Shown here: piece after piece, positions 10,806-20,351 of the stretch
How the letters are laid out: each line of letters opens with the position of its first letter
How positions within the stretch are numbered: position 1 is the stretch's first letter
Assembly: GCA_033763315.1 (NCBI GenBank)
Contig: JANRKS010000002.1
Span: forward strand, 96,001-160,000
Length of the DNA stretch: 64,000 bases
Source of the DNA: Deltaproteobacteria bacterium
Lineage (GTDB): Bacteria; Myxococcota_A; Polyangia; Fen-1088
Reading direction: 5' to 3'
Notes under the pieces: generated by a model
Database searches by the model: none
Told to the model about the DNA's origin: nothing
The model's input: the letters and a program-made list of their open reading frames with translations, nothing else
Program-made: the position numbers and the translations under genes

Positions 10806-12548
10806 TCATTGCGGCACCCGGCGGTAAAGGAAGTTGTCGCTCAGGCTCAGTGCCACCAACAGCTCTTTGAGATCGCCCTTGGCTTCCGAGAATTTGTTTT
10901 CGATGAACGCGATCGCGCACGCATCGTCGTCGCCATAGCTGCGCGCAATGGCGTATGAAAACAGCTGCCGCGCGAAGCAGCCTTTGACCACCTCACTGCT
11001 GGCCAAACGCTTTGCCAACTCGGGGCCGCCATTGAACGCGCCACTGATGTCGCCTGCGTCCACCAGCTCGCCGCTTGTGTCGACCGTCAAGTTGTTGCCC
11101 TCAGTGGTGCGGAAGCGGCCAAGCGCGTCGTAGCCTTCCAAACCAAAACCGATCGGATCCATCATCGCGTGGCAACCGGCGCACGTGGGATCGTTGCGAT
11201 GCTGGTTAAACCGTTCCCGCCCCCGCACGTTCGGATCCACGGCGGGTGGTTCGATCACGATGTTGGCTGGAATCACGATGTCTTGGCAAAGCATGTGGCG
11301 CCGCACGAAGGCACCACGGGCCACCGGGAAGGACTCCTGAGAACCAGCGTGCGACGCCAAAAACGCCGCCGATGTAAGCAGGCCCGCGCGCTGGCTTTCG
11401 TTCAGCGAAACCTTGGCAAACTTGTCACCCATGCTGGAATCGGCACCGTAGATCTTGGCCAACGACGCGTTTACCATGGTGCTCTTGCCGGCCAACAAAC
11501 CAGCGATCGAGCCGTCGCCACGGAACGCCAATTCAGTGGCGGCTTGGCTGACCTCAGAGCGCATGGCTGTGGCCAAACTCTCATTCCATTCGGGGAATCG
11601 GGCGGCGTCTTTGGTTTGGCTATCCAAACGATAAAGCTCAAGCCAATCTTCCAAGAACGGTCCGTACACGTTGAGCGCGCGGGGATCAGACAGCATCTTG
11701 CGCGCCTGCGCTTCGACGTCCTTCGATTCGTGCAGCATGCCGTCGTCGGCCAGTTGTGAGAGCTCATCGTTGGGCGGGGAATCCCACAACAAGAAGCTCA
11801 ACCGCGAGGCAATTTCGTGGTCCGTTAATGGCACCACGTCCCCTGAAGCGCCTGTCTTGGCGCCGAATTCTGAGATGTATAGGAACTGCGGCGACTGCAG
11901 CACAAGTTCCACGACGGCGCCCAAAGATTCGGCCGGTGTGAAGGCGGCGCCAATCAGTTTGCTGTAGGTGTTATTTAACGTATCGAGCTCGGCCTTTTCG
12001 AGGGGCCGCCTGTACGCCTTGCGCGCAAGCTTTGCGATGTAGCCGCGCGCACAGGCGTCGTCCGCGGCGTTCGTGGGGGCGCAACCGGCCAAGGCTTTCA
12101 CGTCCGTTGTAACCTTGGTGGCGATTGTTGTGGCCGCTGATGATATTTGTTCTGCGCCGTCCGCGGTCACGCTGTTGGCATCAACAAACGTGCGATAGCC
12201 CTCGCGAATCGAAGCCTTGGGAAATGTGTTCGCCGTGGCAGCCGCCGCGCCGAACAGCTCTTTGACCGCATTTTGAAACTGCGACTGTGTAAGACGACGG
12301 TTCAGAACCACGCCAGGCTTGGGTGCCTTGCACAAAGGTGCGGGCGCGCCGGGCTCCGATAGCGGAGGACTGTCGGTGTTCTGGTCGCCGTTGGCGACGT
12401 CGTTGCCATCAGGGCTTTTCTGGCTGCTGTCACCACCGCTGATGCTGCCCGTGCAGGCCGTGGCAAACACAATGGCAGCGTACAAAGCTGAGCGTGCAAA
12501 GCTTTGCGCCTTTGCGAACGCGAACCGGCAAACGAACTGCTGCTGCAT
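10806..12548 (-). CDS. DUF1592/DUF1588 (PSD-family) heme-binding protein
   Basis: RRLT..QF.NAV, RKAYRRP, LQSPQFLY, EIASRLSFLLW...P, RAGLLT...FL, CAGCH, MDPIGFGLEGYD. Confidence 0.85.
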   Translation of the reverse strand: MQQQFVCRFAFAKAQSFARSALYAAIVFATACTGSISGGDSSQKSPDGNDVANGDQNTDSPPLSEPGAPAPLCKAPKPGVVLNRRLTQSQFQNAVKELFGAAAATANTFPKASIREGYRTFVDANSVTADGAEQISSAATTIATKVTTDVKALAGCAPTNAADDACARGYIAKLARKAYRRPLEKAELDTLNNTYSKLIGAAFTPAESLGAVVELVLQSPQFLYISEFGAKTGASGDVVPLTDHEIASRLSFLLWDSPPNDELSQLADDGMLHESKDVEAQARKMLSDPRALNVYGPFLEDWLELYRLDSQTKDAARFPEWNESLATAMRSEVSQAATELAFRGDGSIAGLLAGKSTMVNASLAKIYGADSSMGDKFAKVSLNESQRAGLLTSAAFLASHAGSQESFPVARGAFVRRHMLCQDIVIPANIVIEPPAVDPNVRGRERFNQHRNDPTCAGCHAMMDPIGFGLEGYDALGRFRTTEGNNLTVDTSGELVDAGDISGAFNGGPELAKRLASSEVVKGCFARQLFSYAIARSYGDDDACAIAFIENKFSEAKGDLKELLVALSLSDNFLYRRVPQ

Positions 12549-12865
12549 CGGATCCCTCCACCCACAAAACGACGTATGGGTAATTCGACTAGCGAATAGG
12601 GTAACATTGGGTCGTTTTGGTGTCGCCCATATTTACCCGTTGGGTAGACCTTTTTATCTAAACAGATATACGTAAAATACTTACGGGTGTGTGCGTATGT
12701 AGCAGGGTCAACCACGCCGCCAACCGATAAGGCGCAGCCACTCTAGGGTCAGGCCGCGTTTGCGTTTGGATGCCCTCGGCCACCCGATGGTCACAAGCGA
12801 AACGCGGGGGCCTTGCCGGGTGTTACGGTCACGTTAGTGCGGACACCCATGAAACTCATGCCAGC

Positions 12866-13531
12866 TTAGGGCTCGCTGATCCTCTCGCGCTCTTCACGCC
12901 GCTTGAGCAAAAACTCAGCCAAGGCCCCCTGGGAGTGGACTCCCAACTTGCGGTAAATCGCCTTGAGGTGGTTACGGATCGTGTGCGGTGAGATGCCCAA
13001 CGCCGTGGCCATCTCTGGCGCGCGCCGCCCTTGCAGCAGCAGGCCCAAAATATCTTTTTCGCGCGCTGAGACGGAACCGCGCTCTTCGATCGTTAGCAGC
13101 TCATCCAGCGACCACACAGACGCGGCTGCAGGCATCATCGAGGGGGTGTGGCGAGGCGCGTGTTCTTTGAGCACGCGATCCACAGCGGCGGTGAGTTGCT
13201 CGGGGAAAAACGGCTTGCGCAGATAATCGGCGGCGCGGTTGCGCATGGCTTCGATGACGTCTTCGATGTTGCCCGTGCCGCTCATGATGATGACGGGCAG
13301 ATCCAGGCGGCCTGCGTCGCGCAGGCTTTTGAGCAGCGCGTGGCCGCTCATGTCGGGCAAGCCCAAATCCAGCAGGATCAAGTCGATTGGTTGCTTGAGC
13401 AGGGCGAGCGCTTGCTCAACTGAACTCGCCGTGTGCGTCTGTAGGCCCTGGCGCTCAAGCACCTGCCTCACCGACTTGGACAAGCCAGCGTCATCGTCCA
13501 CGATAAGAACTGTTTTCTGCAAAAGCGGCAT
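12866..13531 (-). CDS. Response regulator, REC + LuxR-type HTH
   Basis: VLIVDDD, LLDLGLPD, KPF; C-terminal SAREKDIL...LGISPHTIRNHLKAIYRKLGV; start refined to ATG 13531. Confidence 0.9.
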   Translation of the reverse strand: MPLLQKTVLIVDDDAGLSKSVRQVLERQGLQTHTASSVEQALALLKQPIDLILLDLGLPDMSGHALLKSLRDAGRLDLPVIIMSGTGNIEDVIEAMRNRAADYLRKPFFPEQLTAAVDRVLKEHAPRHTPSMMPAAASVWSLDELLTIEERGSVSAREKDILGLLLQGRRAPEMATALGISPHTIRNHLKAIYRKLGVHSQGALAEFLLKRREERERISEP

Positions 13532-13701
13532 CTCCCCCCCGGACCCAGTTGCCACGCTCAAACTGCGCCATGGTACGTGAGACGCACACGTTGTCACGAG
13601 ATTCGCTCAATTGCGGCACCCTTTCATAGTTTTTCACGTCAGCCTCGTTACAAAATGGCTCACTATGAGTCAGTTGTCTGTTCGCAATCGGCGCGGTGGT
13701 G

Positions 13702-13729
13702 TCAAAGAAACAGGACAAGCTGCCGATGT
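13702..13729 (+). promoter_or_regulatory. Candidate sigma-28 (FliA) promoter
   Basis: TCAAAG-N14-GCCGATGT, 13 nt before ATG 13743. Confidence 0.55.
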
Positions 13730-13742
13730 TCCGATTTCTGCC

Positions 13743-14600
13743 ATGACCTCGGACGCGTCATCGTCGCCAAATCGAAACGAGCCTGTGTTCCTCGGCGAAT
13801 ACCTCGTTCGCCTTGGCTTCGTGACGGAGCCGCAGCTTGCCGCTGCTTTGGCGCTGCAAAAGGAGGTGAACCTCAAACTTGGCGAGTGCGCGGTGGATTT
13901 GGGGTTCCTGTCACGAGCGGATGCGTTGGCCGTCTATGAAGCGCAACGAACCAACGATGTGACTTTTGGTGTGCTTGCGGTGAAGTTGGGCAAACTTACT
14001 CGACTTCAGCTTGAACAGGCGCTTGAGTACCAACGCTTTAAACACCTTCGCATTGGCGAGGCGTTGGTCAAGTTGGGCGCGATCTCAGCGCCTTTGCTTG
14101 AACAGGCAGCGAAAGCTTTCGAGGATCTGTGGCCTAAACCTGCAGCGAAGACGGCCGCCGCGCCCGCGAGCAAAGTGGCGGAATCTGAGCTTGTGGATTG
14201 TACGCAGCGTTTGTTGGTACGCGTGGCGGGGTTACGCACGAAACAGACGCCCTGGGAACCCTTGGACGCGGGACCTCGGGTTGACCTTCTCACCACAGGG
14301 ATACAGCTCAATGGGCGGGCCCGCCTGGGTTTATGGATTTCAGTCTCGCGGGTGACCGGTGCCGCTTTGGCCAAAGGGTTGCTGCCCGGTTTTGAGGGCC
14401 ATGACGTTGGCCACCTGGCGCTTGATGAACTTGTGAACATGGTGTGCGGCCATGCCGTGTCGGCGCTTGAGAAGGTCGGTTTACATTGGAGCAACTGCCC
14501 TCCCAAGCGAGGCTGGCCCGAGTTACACACGCAAACGGGGCACGTGGTGACTTTGGTTGCCCCGGATGATGAACGCTTGGAGTTACGGGTGACGCGCTAA
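13743..14600 (+). CDS. MshEN-like repeat / CheX-like fusion protein
   Basis: Four LGE.LV..G....QL..AL..Q-type repeats followed by CheX-like GIQLNG...LDELVNMVCG...PP; start chosen downstream of the promoter (ORF open from 13611). Confidence 0.75.
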   Translation: MTSDASSSPNRNEPVFLGEYLVRLGFVTEPQLAAALALQKEVNLKLGECAVDLGFLSRADALAVYEAQRTNDVTFGVLAVKLGKLTRLQLEQALEYQRFKHLRIGEALVKLGAISAPLLEQAAKAFEDLWPKPAAKTAAAPASKVAESELVDCTQRLLVRVAGLRTKQTPWEPLDAGPRVDLLTTGIQLNGRARLGLWISVSRVTGAALAKGLLPGFEGHDVGHLALDELVNMVCGHAVSALEKVGLHWSNCPPKRGWPELHTQTGHVVTLVAPDDERLELRVTR

Positions 14601-14615
14601 AGTCTTCGCGCTGGC

Positions 14616-15686
14616 TTAGACTTTGCGCGCTTCTAGCTTTTGACGTTCGCCTTCAAGCTCGAGCGAGAACGATTTGGCTTCTGAGCCCACCTTTGCTGAC
14701 AAAGCGGCCAGCGGCAAGGCCGCGCGGGTCACGCCGAAATCCAGCACGGTTTGCGGCATATGGGGCGCCACACAATCGGCAGGCTCTTGCACAAATACGG
14801 CCCCGCCCGCGCCCGCAATGGCTGCCGCACCCAGGGCGCCATCGCGGCCAAGCCCCGTCAGCAAGACGCCAATGGTGAACCGACCGCAAGCCACGACCAA
14901 GCTTTTAAACAACGGATCGGCCGCTGGTTTAACGTAGTTTTCGGGCGCTGTGTCGAGCAGCCGAATGCGCCCTGTTTGTGAATCCAAAACCATATGGCGT
15001 TCGCCTGGCGCGACGAAAACGTGGCCCGCCCGCGCCACGACACCCGACGTGGCCAATTCCACCGGCAGCGCAGATCGTTCCCGCAAGCGCTTGACCAGAT
15101 CCTCCATCATCCAAGCCGGTCCGTGTTGCACGACGAAAACGCAGGTTTCGGGTCCCGGCGTTAGGGCTGAGAGAAACGCGCCTAAGGCGGCGGGGCCACC
15201 TGTGCTGGCAGCCACCCCCAGCGCCACGAAGGGAGGCACACCCGTGTGTTTGACGGGACATAGGTCGGCGGACGAAGGGGAGGGCTGGGCGCGCCTCGCC
15301 AACGCTGCGCGCACCACCTGCGCCACCACGGCGGGTTCCGAAGGTTTACCGAGAAAATCATCGGCACCGGAGGCGAGCGCGTGGCTGCGAGCTTCCTGGC
15401 TGGCCAGTGCCGTCAACATGATTACCGCAGGCCTGTGTGGCACCTCGGCCCGCAAGCGGCGGCACAGCTCAATGCCATCCATCTCGGGCATCAACCAATC
15501 TGTCACGAGCGCGCCAAATTCCACTTGCTTGAGCAGGGCCAGAGCGGTCTCACCGTTGTCGGCGCGACGAACGTCGAAACCAGCGTGCGCCAATGCGACC
15601 TCCAATAGACGACCCGACACCGGATCGTCTTCGGCGATCAGCACCCGCGAAGAAGCTTCGGACACGACTGTTTCATCGACAGCCAA
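14616..15686 (-). CDS. cheB: Orphan REC-CheB methylesterase
   Basis: REC (VLIAEDD, TDWLMP) plus ASTGG, VQH, TGLGRDGA catalytic Ser/His/Asp motifs. Confidence 0.85.
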   Translation of the reverse strand: MAVDETVVSEASSRVLIAEDDPVSGRLLEVALAHAGFDVRRADNGETALALLKQVEFGALVTDWLMPEMDGIELCRRLRAEVPHRPAVIMLTALASQEARSHALASGADDFLGKPSEPAVVAQVVRAALARRAQPSPSSADLCPVKHTGVPPFVALGVAASTGGPAALGAFLSALTPGPETCVFVVQHGPAWMMEDLVKRLRERSALPVELATSGVVARAGHVFVAPGERHMVLDSQTGRIRLLDTAPENYVKPAADPLFKSLVVACGRFTIGVLLTGLGRDGALGAAAIAGAGGAVFVQEPADCVAPHMPQTVLDFGVTRAALPLAALSAKVGSEAKSFSLELEGERQKLEARKV

Positions 15687-15695
15687 AGGCCGTTC

Positions 15696-15722
15696 TTTAG
15701 ATACCGCCCTTGTTGCCGATGC
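15696..15722 (+). promoter_or_regulatory. Candidate sigma-28 promoter
   Basis: TTTAG-N14-GCCGATGC, 8 nt before ATG 15731. Confidence 0.45.
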
Positions 15723-15730
15723 AAATCCAT

Positions 15731-16111
15731 ATGCAGGTGCGTGAGGAACGGGAAACCGTCAGCATTGATCGCCTCGCGGCCTTGCTTGGGGGGGACGCTC
15801 AGGGCGCACAGGAGATCCTTAGTCTGTTCTTGGCAGAGATCCCACGCTATGCCCAGCGCTTCGCGGTGGCCACGTCGGTGCCTGAGTTTGCGGGGCTGGT
15901 TCACCGGCTGCGTGGTTCATTGCTGCCGCTTGGGCTGCTGACGGACGCGGCTCGGTTGGCCGACATTGAGCTTGACGCGCGATCATCAACAACGATAGAC
16001 GGCGACGCCATCCGTTGGATCGCTACCTTGCTGCCGGCGCTCGCCGCGGAGACCCAGCAGCAGCTGGACTCACGCGGATCCCAACGAACAAGGCAAGGCC
16101 TTAAGCCATGA
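15731..16111 (+). CDS. Stand-alone HPt phosphotransfer protein
   Basis: LGGD....EILSLFL, VHRLRGS (H-box), helical. Confidence 0.75.
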   Translation: MQVREERETVSIDRLAALLGGDAQGAQEILSLFLAEIPRYAQRFAVATSVPEFAGLVHRLRGSLLPLGLLTDAARLADIELDARSSTTIDGDAIRWIATLLPALAAETQQQLDSRGSQRTRQGLKP

Positions 16112-16128
16112 CGGGGTCTGGCCGATAA
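16101..16128 (+). promoter_or_regulatory. Candidate sigma-28 promoter
   Basis: TTAAG-N15-GCCGATAA (perfect -10), 8 nt before GTG 16137. Confidence 0.7.
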
Positions 16129-16136
16129 CTTTTGCC

Positions 16137-17285
16137 GTGAGCATCTCTTCCAAATTAGTCACGGCGGCGTTGGTGGGAACCGCTTTGCCCACCGTGGGGG
16201 GCATCGTGGGGTTCGTGATGCTTACGCGAGCCAGTGATGTTCCACCCATGTTCTTGTGGGGCGGTCTGGCGGCTTTGGCCCTAGGTGCTTTTGTTGGCGG
16301 CGCGGTGGTGTTGTCTATGGTGCAAAAGGTTTCGTTGCGGATCGAAAGCCTGCGCGAATCGGTACATGAATTGGCCGGCACGCCCAAGAACTTGACCAAA
16401 CGCGCAGCCGTTGACGAGGCTGACGACATTGGCAGCGCCGCCGAATCGCTTAACACGTTTGTATCGGACGTGCAGGGCGTCGTTTCGTCCATCGGCAATG
16501 GTCTGTCGTCGCTCGATGACATTTCCGAGCGCATTCGTTCGGCGAGCGAGGTGTTGGCCCGCAACGCAGGCGCCGTATCCATATCCGCCCAAACTGTTTC
16601 GGCGTCCGCCACCGAGATGCGTGGCAACGTGCAAACGGCCGCCGAAGGAACTTCGCAACTTGAAGCCAGCATCCGCGAGGTGGCTCGCAGCGCCGCACGC
16701 GCTTCCACAATCGTTCACCACGCCAGCGCCGTGACAAAGGAAGCGGCGGCCACGATATCGAAGTTGGGGAAAAGTGGTGAAGAAATCGGCGTCATCATGG
16801 CGGCGATCAATGAGATCACCGAACAAACCAATCTGCTTGCCTTGAACGCCACGATTGAAGCGGCTCGGGCGGGTGAAGCAGGCAAAGGGTTTGCGGTGGT
16901 TGCATCGGAGGTAAAGGAATTGGCGCGCCAAACCGCAGAATCCACGGATGACATCGCCCGTCGTGTCGCAGCCATGCAGGAAAATGTGGCGGGGGCCGTG
17001 GCAGCGATCGACCGCATCGAGCGGGTGATCGGCGAAGTGAGTGAAGCTTCAACGTCGATTGCCGCTGCGGTGGAAGAGCAATCGGCCGCCACCGCCGAGA
17101 TCGGGCGAAACGTTAGTCAGCTCGCCGATGCCGCCAATCTGATCGCCACGGAAATCGAAGGCTTTGCATCTGTTGCGGTACACGTGGCAGACAGCAGCCA
17201 ATCGGCCAACGGAGCGGCGCAGTCATTGGCGTCCATCTCTGGCGAACTGAAAACAGCAGTTTCGCGTTTTCAACGAGCGGCCTAG
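16137..17285 (+). CDS. Methyl-accepting chemotaxis protein (2 TM + HAMP, no periplasmic sensor)
   Basis: [35 protein letters not shown] hairpin tip. Confidence 0.95.
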   Translation: MSISSKLVTAALVGTALPTVGGIVGFVMLTRASDVPPMFLWGGLAALALGAFVGGAVVLSMVQKVSLRIESLRESVHELAGTPKNLTKRAAVDEADDIGSAAESLNTFVSDVQGVVSSIGNGLSSLDDISERIRSASEVLARNAGAVSISAQTVSASATEMRGNVQTAAEGTSQLEASIREVARSAARASTIVHHASAVTKEAAATISKLGKSGEEIGVIMAAINEITEQTNLLALNATIEAARAGEAGKGFAVVASEVKELARQTAESTDDIARRVAAMQENVAGAVAAIDRIERVIGEVSEASTSIAAAVEEQSAATAEIGRNVSQLADAANLIATEIEGFASVAVHVADSSQSANGAAQSLASISGELKTAVSRFQRAA

Positions 17286-17327
17286 GCCTTCGCATGAACA
17301 CTTGGTTGGTTTTGCGGACGACAAGGG

Positions 17328-17789
17328 ATGGCTTTCATGCTGGCGGGTAGCCCAGTGTCGCAACTTGACGAAAAGAAGCTGGTCAGTTGCGTGTCGGACG
17401 TAACTGCGGCCATCTGCGGCATTAAGTTTATGCCCGGCAGCCTCGTGGAAGGAGACGCGTGGATCGCGGCGTGTTTGCCCATCAAAGGCGGCGTGCCCAT
17501 CACCATCGCCCTGTTGAGCGATGAGAGCTGCTCCCGCGCTTTGGCCGCCGGCATGTTGCAGATGGAGCCACACGACCTCGATCGTTTGTTGATTGAGGAC
17601 ACTCTGCGAGAAATTCTGAACATGGTAGCCGGTCAGGTGAAGACGGCGCTCAATCTAGATCAAGCGCTGGGCTTGCCCACGATCGTTGCCCCCGCTGAAC
17701 TGAACAACCGGCTCGCCAATGGCTCAAGGCGCATTGGCTTAGCGTCGGGCCCCTTATCGCTGATGTTGGCTTTGGCCCCAGGACCGTAA
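17328..17789 (+). CDS. cheX: CheX-like phosphatase
   Basis: DTLREILNMVAGQVK (ExxN) and LGLPTIV. Confidence 0.8.
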   Translation: MAFMLAGSPVSQLDEKKLVSCVSDVTAAICGIKFMPGSLVEGDAWIAACLPIKGGVPITIALLSDESCSRALAAGMLQMEPHDLDRLLIEDTLREILNMVAGQVKTALNLDQALGLPTIVAPAELNNRLANGSRRIGLASGPLSLMLALAPGP

Positions 17790-17806
17790 CTTTAGAGGAC
17801 GTACAC

Positions 17807-18994
17807 ATGCCATGCATCTTGACAGTTGATGATAGTCGCGCGATCCGCATGATCGTCTCCCGCGTCGTGCAGGAGATGGGCTTCGAGGTCGACGAAGCGG
17901 AAGACGGCTTGCAGGGTCTATCCCATCTTGAAGAGATGGAATATGCGCTCGTCGTTTTGGACGTGACGATGCCGAACCTCGATGGCCCCGGCATGCTTGC
18001 CAAGATGCGCGAGGCGGGTAACGCCACGCCTGTGCTGATGCTGACTTCGGAATCCAAACGCTCAATCATCGCCGACGTCATGAAGAACAAAATTGAGGAT
18101 TACATCCTCAAACCGTTCAAAAATGACGAACTCAAGGCCAAGATTCTGAAGATTCTAAAGCAAAAGGATCCCGGCATTTTGTCGAGCCTTGGCACCGCCC
18201 AGCCCGAGCCTTCTCGTGGCGTGTCATCGTCGGAGCGCGAAGCGATGGGGGTTTCGGCCGCGTCACCGGACGCTGGCGCACGCCAGTTCGGCGATATCTT
18301 GGTCATCGACGACATGGAGAACGTGGCCAAGAAGCTGCGGACTTTGATCCCCCAACACTTTTCGTTGTCGACGGCGCTGAACGGGCAGGCGGGCCTCAAG
18401 ATCTGCCGCGAAAAAACCTTCCGTCTCATCTTGATCGACCGCGAATTGCCAGACGTTCAGGGCGCGGTGCTGCTCAAACAACTGCGCGTGCTGCAACCGG
18501 GCACGGCATGCTTTGCGATGGCTCTGAAGAGCTCGAACAATCTGGCCCAAGAGGTCAAAGATGAAGGCTTTGACGACTTGCTCGCCAAGCCGTTTACGGG
18601 TGAAGCTGTTGATGAGATGCTGGGGCGCTTCTTTGATGGTCAAGAGCTTGTGACGCGCGAAGAAAACGTCCTTGCTGTTTCGGCCTTCGTTGGCAAGGAA
18701 GATCGCCTCGACCGATATTTCACGCGCGTCAAGCGCCTGATGAAAGACTCGGTGCAGGAGATCGCCGAAGCATGCTTCGAGACGATTATCATTGACGCCA
18801 CAAAAATGCCTGTGGACATGCAACGCAACGTTCAAGTCGTGCAAGAATTGGCCGAAGCCAGTAAGAAGCTTGGTCTCTCAGTTTGTCTGGTGGGGCCGGC
18901 CGAAATCAAAAAGAGTTTGGAATTGTTTGAGGAGACGGCCGGCGTACAGGTGTATTCAACGTTGTCGGAAGCTCGCGCCAGCATGGATGCCTAG
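17807..18994 (+). CDS. Double-receiver response regulator with C-terminal STAS-like domain
   Basis: REC1 (TVDDS, LDVTMP, KPF), REC2 (VIDDM, IDRELP, KPF), C-terminal IIIDATKMP...VCLVG STAS-like segment. Confidence 0.75.
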   Translation: MPCILTVDDSRAIRMIVSRVVQEMGFEVDEAEDGLQGLSHLEEMEYALVVLDVTMPNLDGPGMLAKMREAGNATPVLMLTSESKRSIIADVMKNKIEDYILKPFKNDELKAKILKILKQKDPGILSSLGTAQPEPSRGVSSSEREAMGVSAASPDAGARQFGDILVIDDMENVAKKLRTLIPQHFSLSTALNGQAGLKICREKTFRLILIDRELPDVQGAVLLKQLRVLQPGTACFAMALKSSNNLAQEVKDEGFDDLLAKPFTGEAVDEMLGRFFDGQELVTREENVLAVSAFVGKEDRLDRYFTRVKRLMKDSVQEIAEACFETIIIDATKMPVDMQRNVQVVQELAEASKKLGLSVCLVGPAEIKKSLELFEETAGVQVYSTLSEARASMDA

Positions 18995-19003
18995 GAGTCA
19001 CGG

Positions 19004-19897
19004 ATGCCGCAACCAGGAACAGCAAATGACTCTGATGCCGCCGCTCGCGTGGCGGCGCAGCTTGAGCAGATCGCGCTTGCTCGCATTGAGCAAGACAGGC
19101 TGGCGTTGCCCGCTTTGCCGCAAGTGGCCACCAAGAGTCTGGAGATCTTGCGCAAGAACGACTTTAGCGCCAAGAAGGTCACTGACCTTATCGAAACCGA
19201 TCCCATTTTGGCGGTCCGTATCCTTCGCACCGCCAACAGCGCGGCGTTTGGCGCGCGTCAACCCATCACCAACATTCAGCACGCCGTCACCTATTTGGGT
19301 GCGAACAAGCTCAAGACCGTTTTGATGGAAGCGGCCGCGCGGCCAATCTTTGAATCGCGCGACTCGCGCATCGCCGAAGCAACCAAAGGCTTGTGGGATC
19401 ATTCCATCGGCGTCGCCATTTTGGCGCGTGATCTATCCGTGCTTATGGGCGTGGGCGATCCCGAAGACGCGTATTTGGCGGGTTTGCTTCACGATGTGGG
19501 CAAGCCTGTTTTGGCAACGCTATTGCTTGAGGCCGAGAACATCATGGCCTTGCGATCCACAAAAGAGTGGATGGATTCGGCGGTTTGGGTGGACACGTTA
19601 CAGAAGAGCCATCGCAAGGTGGGCGTGGCCGTGGCCAAGCGCTGGACGGTGCCTGAAAAGGCCATCCAAGCGATTGCCGATTGCGGCGACTACGATTCAA
19701 CGGACCGAACTTCGGCGGCAAATCTTGTGCGTTTTGCCAACGCCATCACGAAGCGTGTTGGTCTTTACGTCGGTAAGGTGGACAGCGACGAAGTCGAAAC
19801 GCTTATCATGATCGGCCGATCGCTCTTGGGGCTCGACGACGAAGGGCTCACACGGTTGGCGACGGGCTTGATCGATCGCGTGCGCGGCCGAGGCTAA
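19004..19897 (+). CDS. HDOD domain protein
   Basis: LPALPQVA, DP.LAVRILRTANSA, W.HS, AYLAGLLHDVGK. Confidence 0.9.
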   Translation: MPQPGTANDSDAAARVAAQLEQIALARIEQDRLALPALPQVATKSLEILRKNDFSAKKVTDLIETDPILAVRILRTANSAAFGARQPITNIQHAVTYLGANKLKTVLMEAAARPIFESRDSRIAEATKGLWDHSIGVAILARDLSVLMGVGDPEDAYLAGLLHDVGKPVLATLLLEAENIMALRSTKEWMDSAVWVDTLQKSHRKVGVAVAKRWTVPEKAIQAIADCGDYDSTDRTSAANLVRFANAITKRVGLYVGKVDSDEVETLIMIGRSLLGLDDEGLTRLATGLIDRVRGRG

Positions 19898-20349
19898 AGC
19901 CCCGCTGCGCGCGAGGCGGTGTCCAGCACCGTAACCCTCACCAGTGCCTGGCCCACGGGAACGTCCACGCTGGCGAGCTGCCCAACGGAGGGGAATACAC
20001 CTGAGGCGCCTTGCTCGGGAACGCTGGGCAACGACATCTGCGCTTGCCCCAAGATGCCCTTTATGTTGCCCGCGATCATGTTCGCAAATTCGTGAACCGC
20101 GTCCTGAGCTTCATCCAATGACGGCGCTTGGTCGCCCGACATGTACATGCGACGAGCCAGCTCAAGGGCCAAGCCTGTGCTGCATTTGACAGCGATCATG
20201 CCTTCGAATCCGCCCTTGAGCGCGACGCTGCTGCGCACAAATGTGTCACCCTTGTCGTTGAGTTCATGACTGACCGTTATCGAAAGCGATTCAAAGATCG
20301 TTTCCACCAACGCAGCAACTTGCTCGTTCAAGGATGTCGCACTTGTCAT
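19894..20349 (-). CDS. cheX: CheX phosphatase
   Basis: V.LKGGFEG, DAVHEFANMIAGNIK, MSLPSV; last gene of che operon 1. Confidence 0.85.
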   Translation of the reverse strand: MTSATSLNEQVAALVETIFESLSITVSHELNDKGDTFVRSSVALKGGFEGMIAVKCSTGLALELARRMYMSGDQAPSLDEAQDAVHEFANMIAGNIKGILGQAQMSLPSVPEQGASGVFPSVGQLASVDVPVGQALVRVTVLDTASRAAGL

Positions 20350-20351
20350 GG

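Noticed and set aside
12708-12730. ACCGATAA as a sigma-28 -10 element
   Set aside because: No -35 at the right spacing and no credible downstream + strand gene
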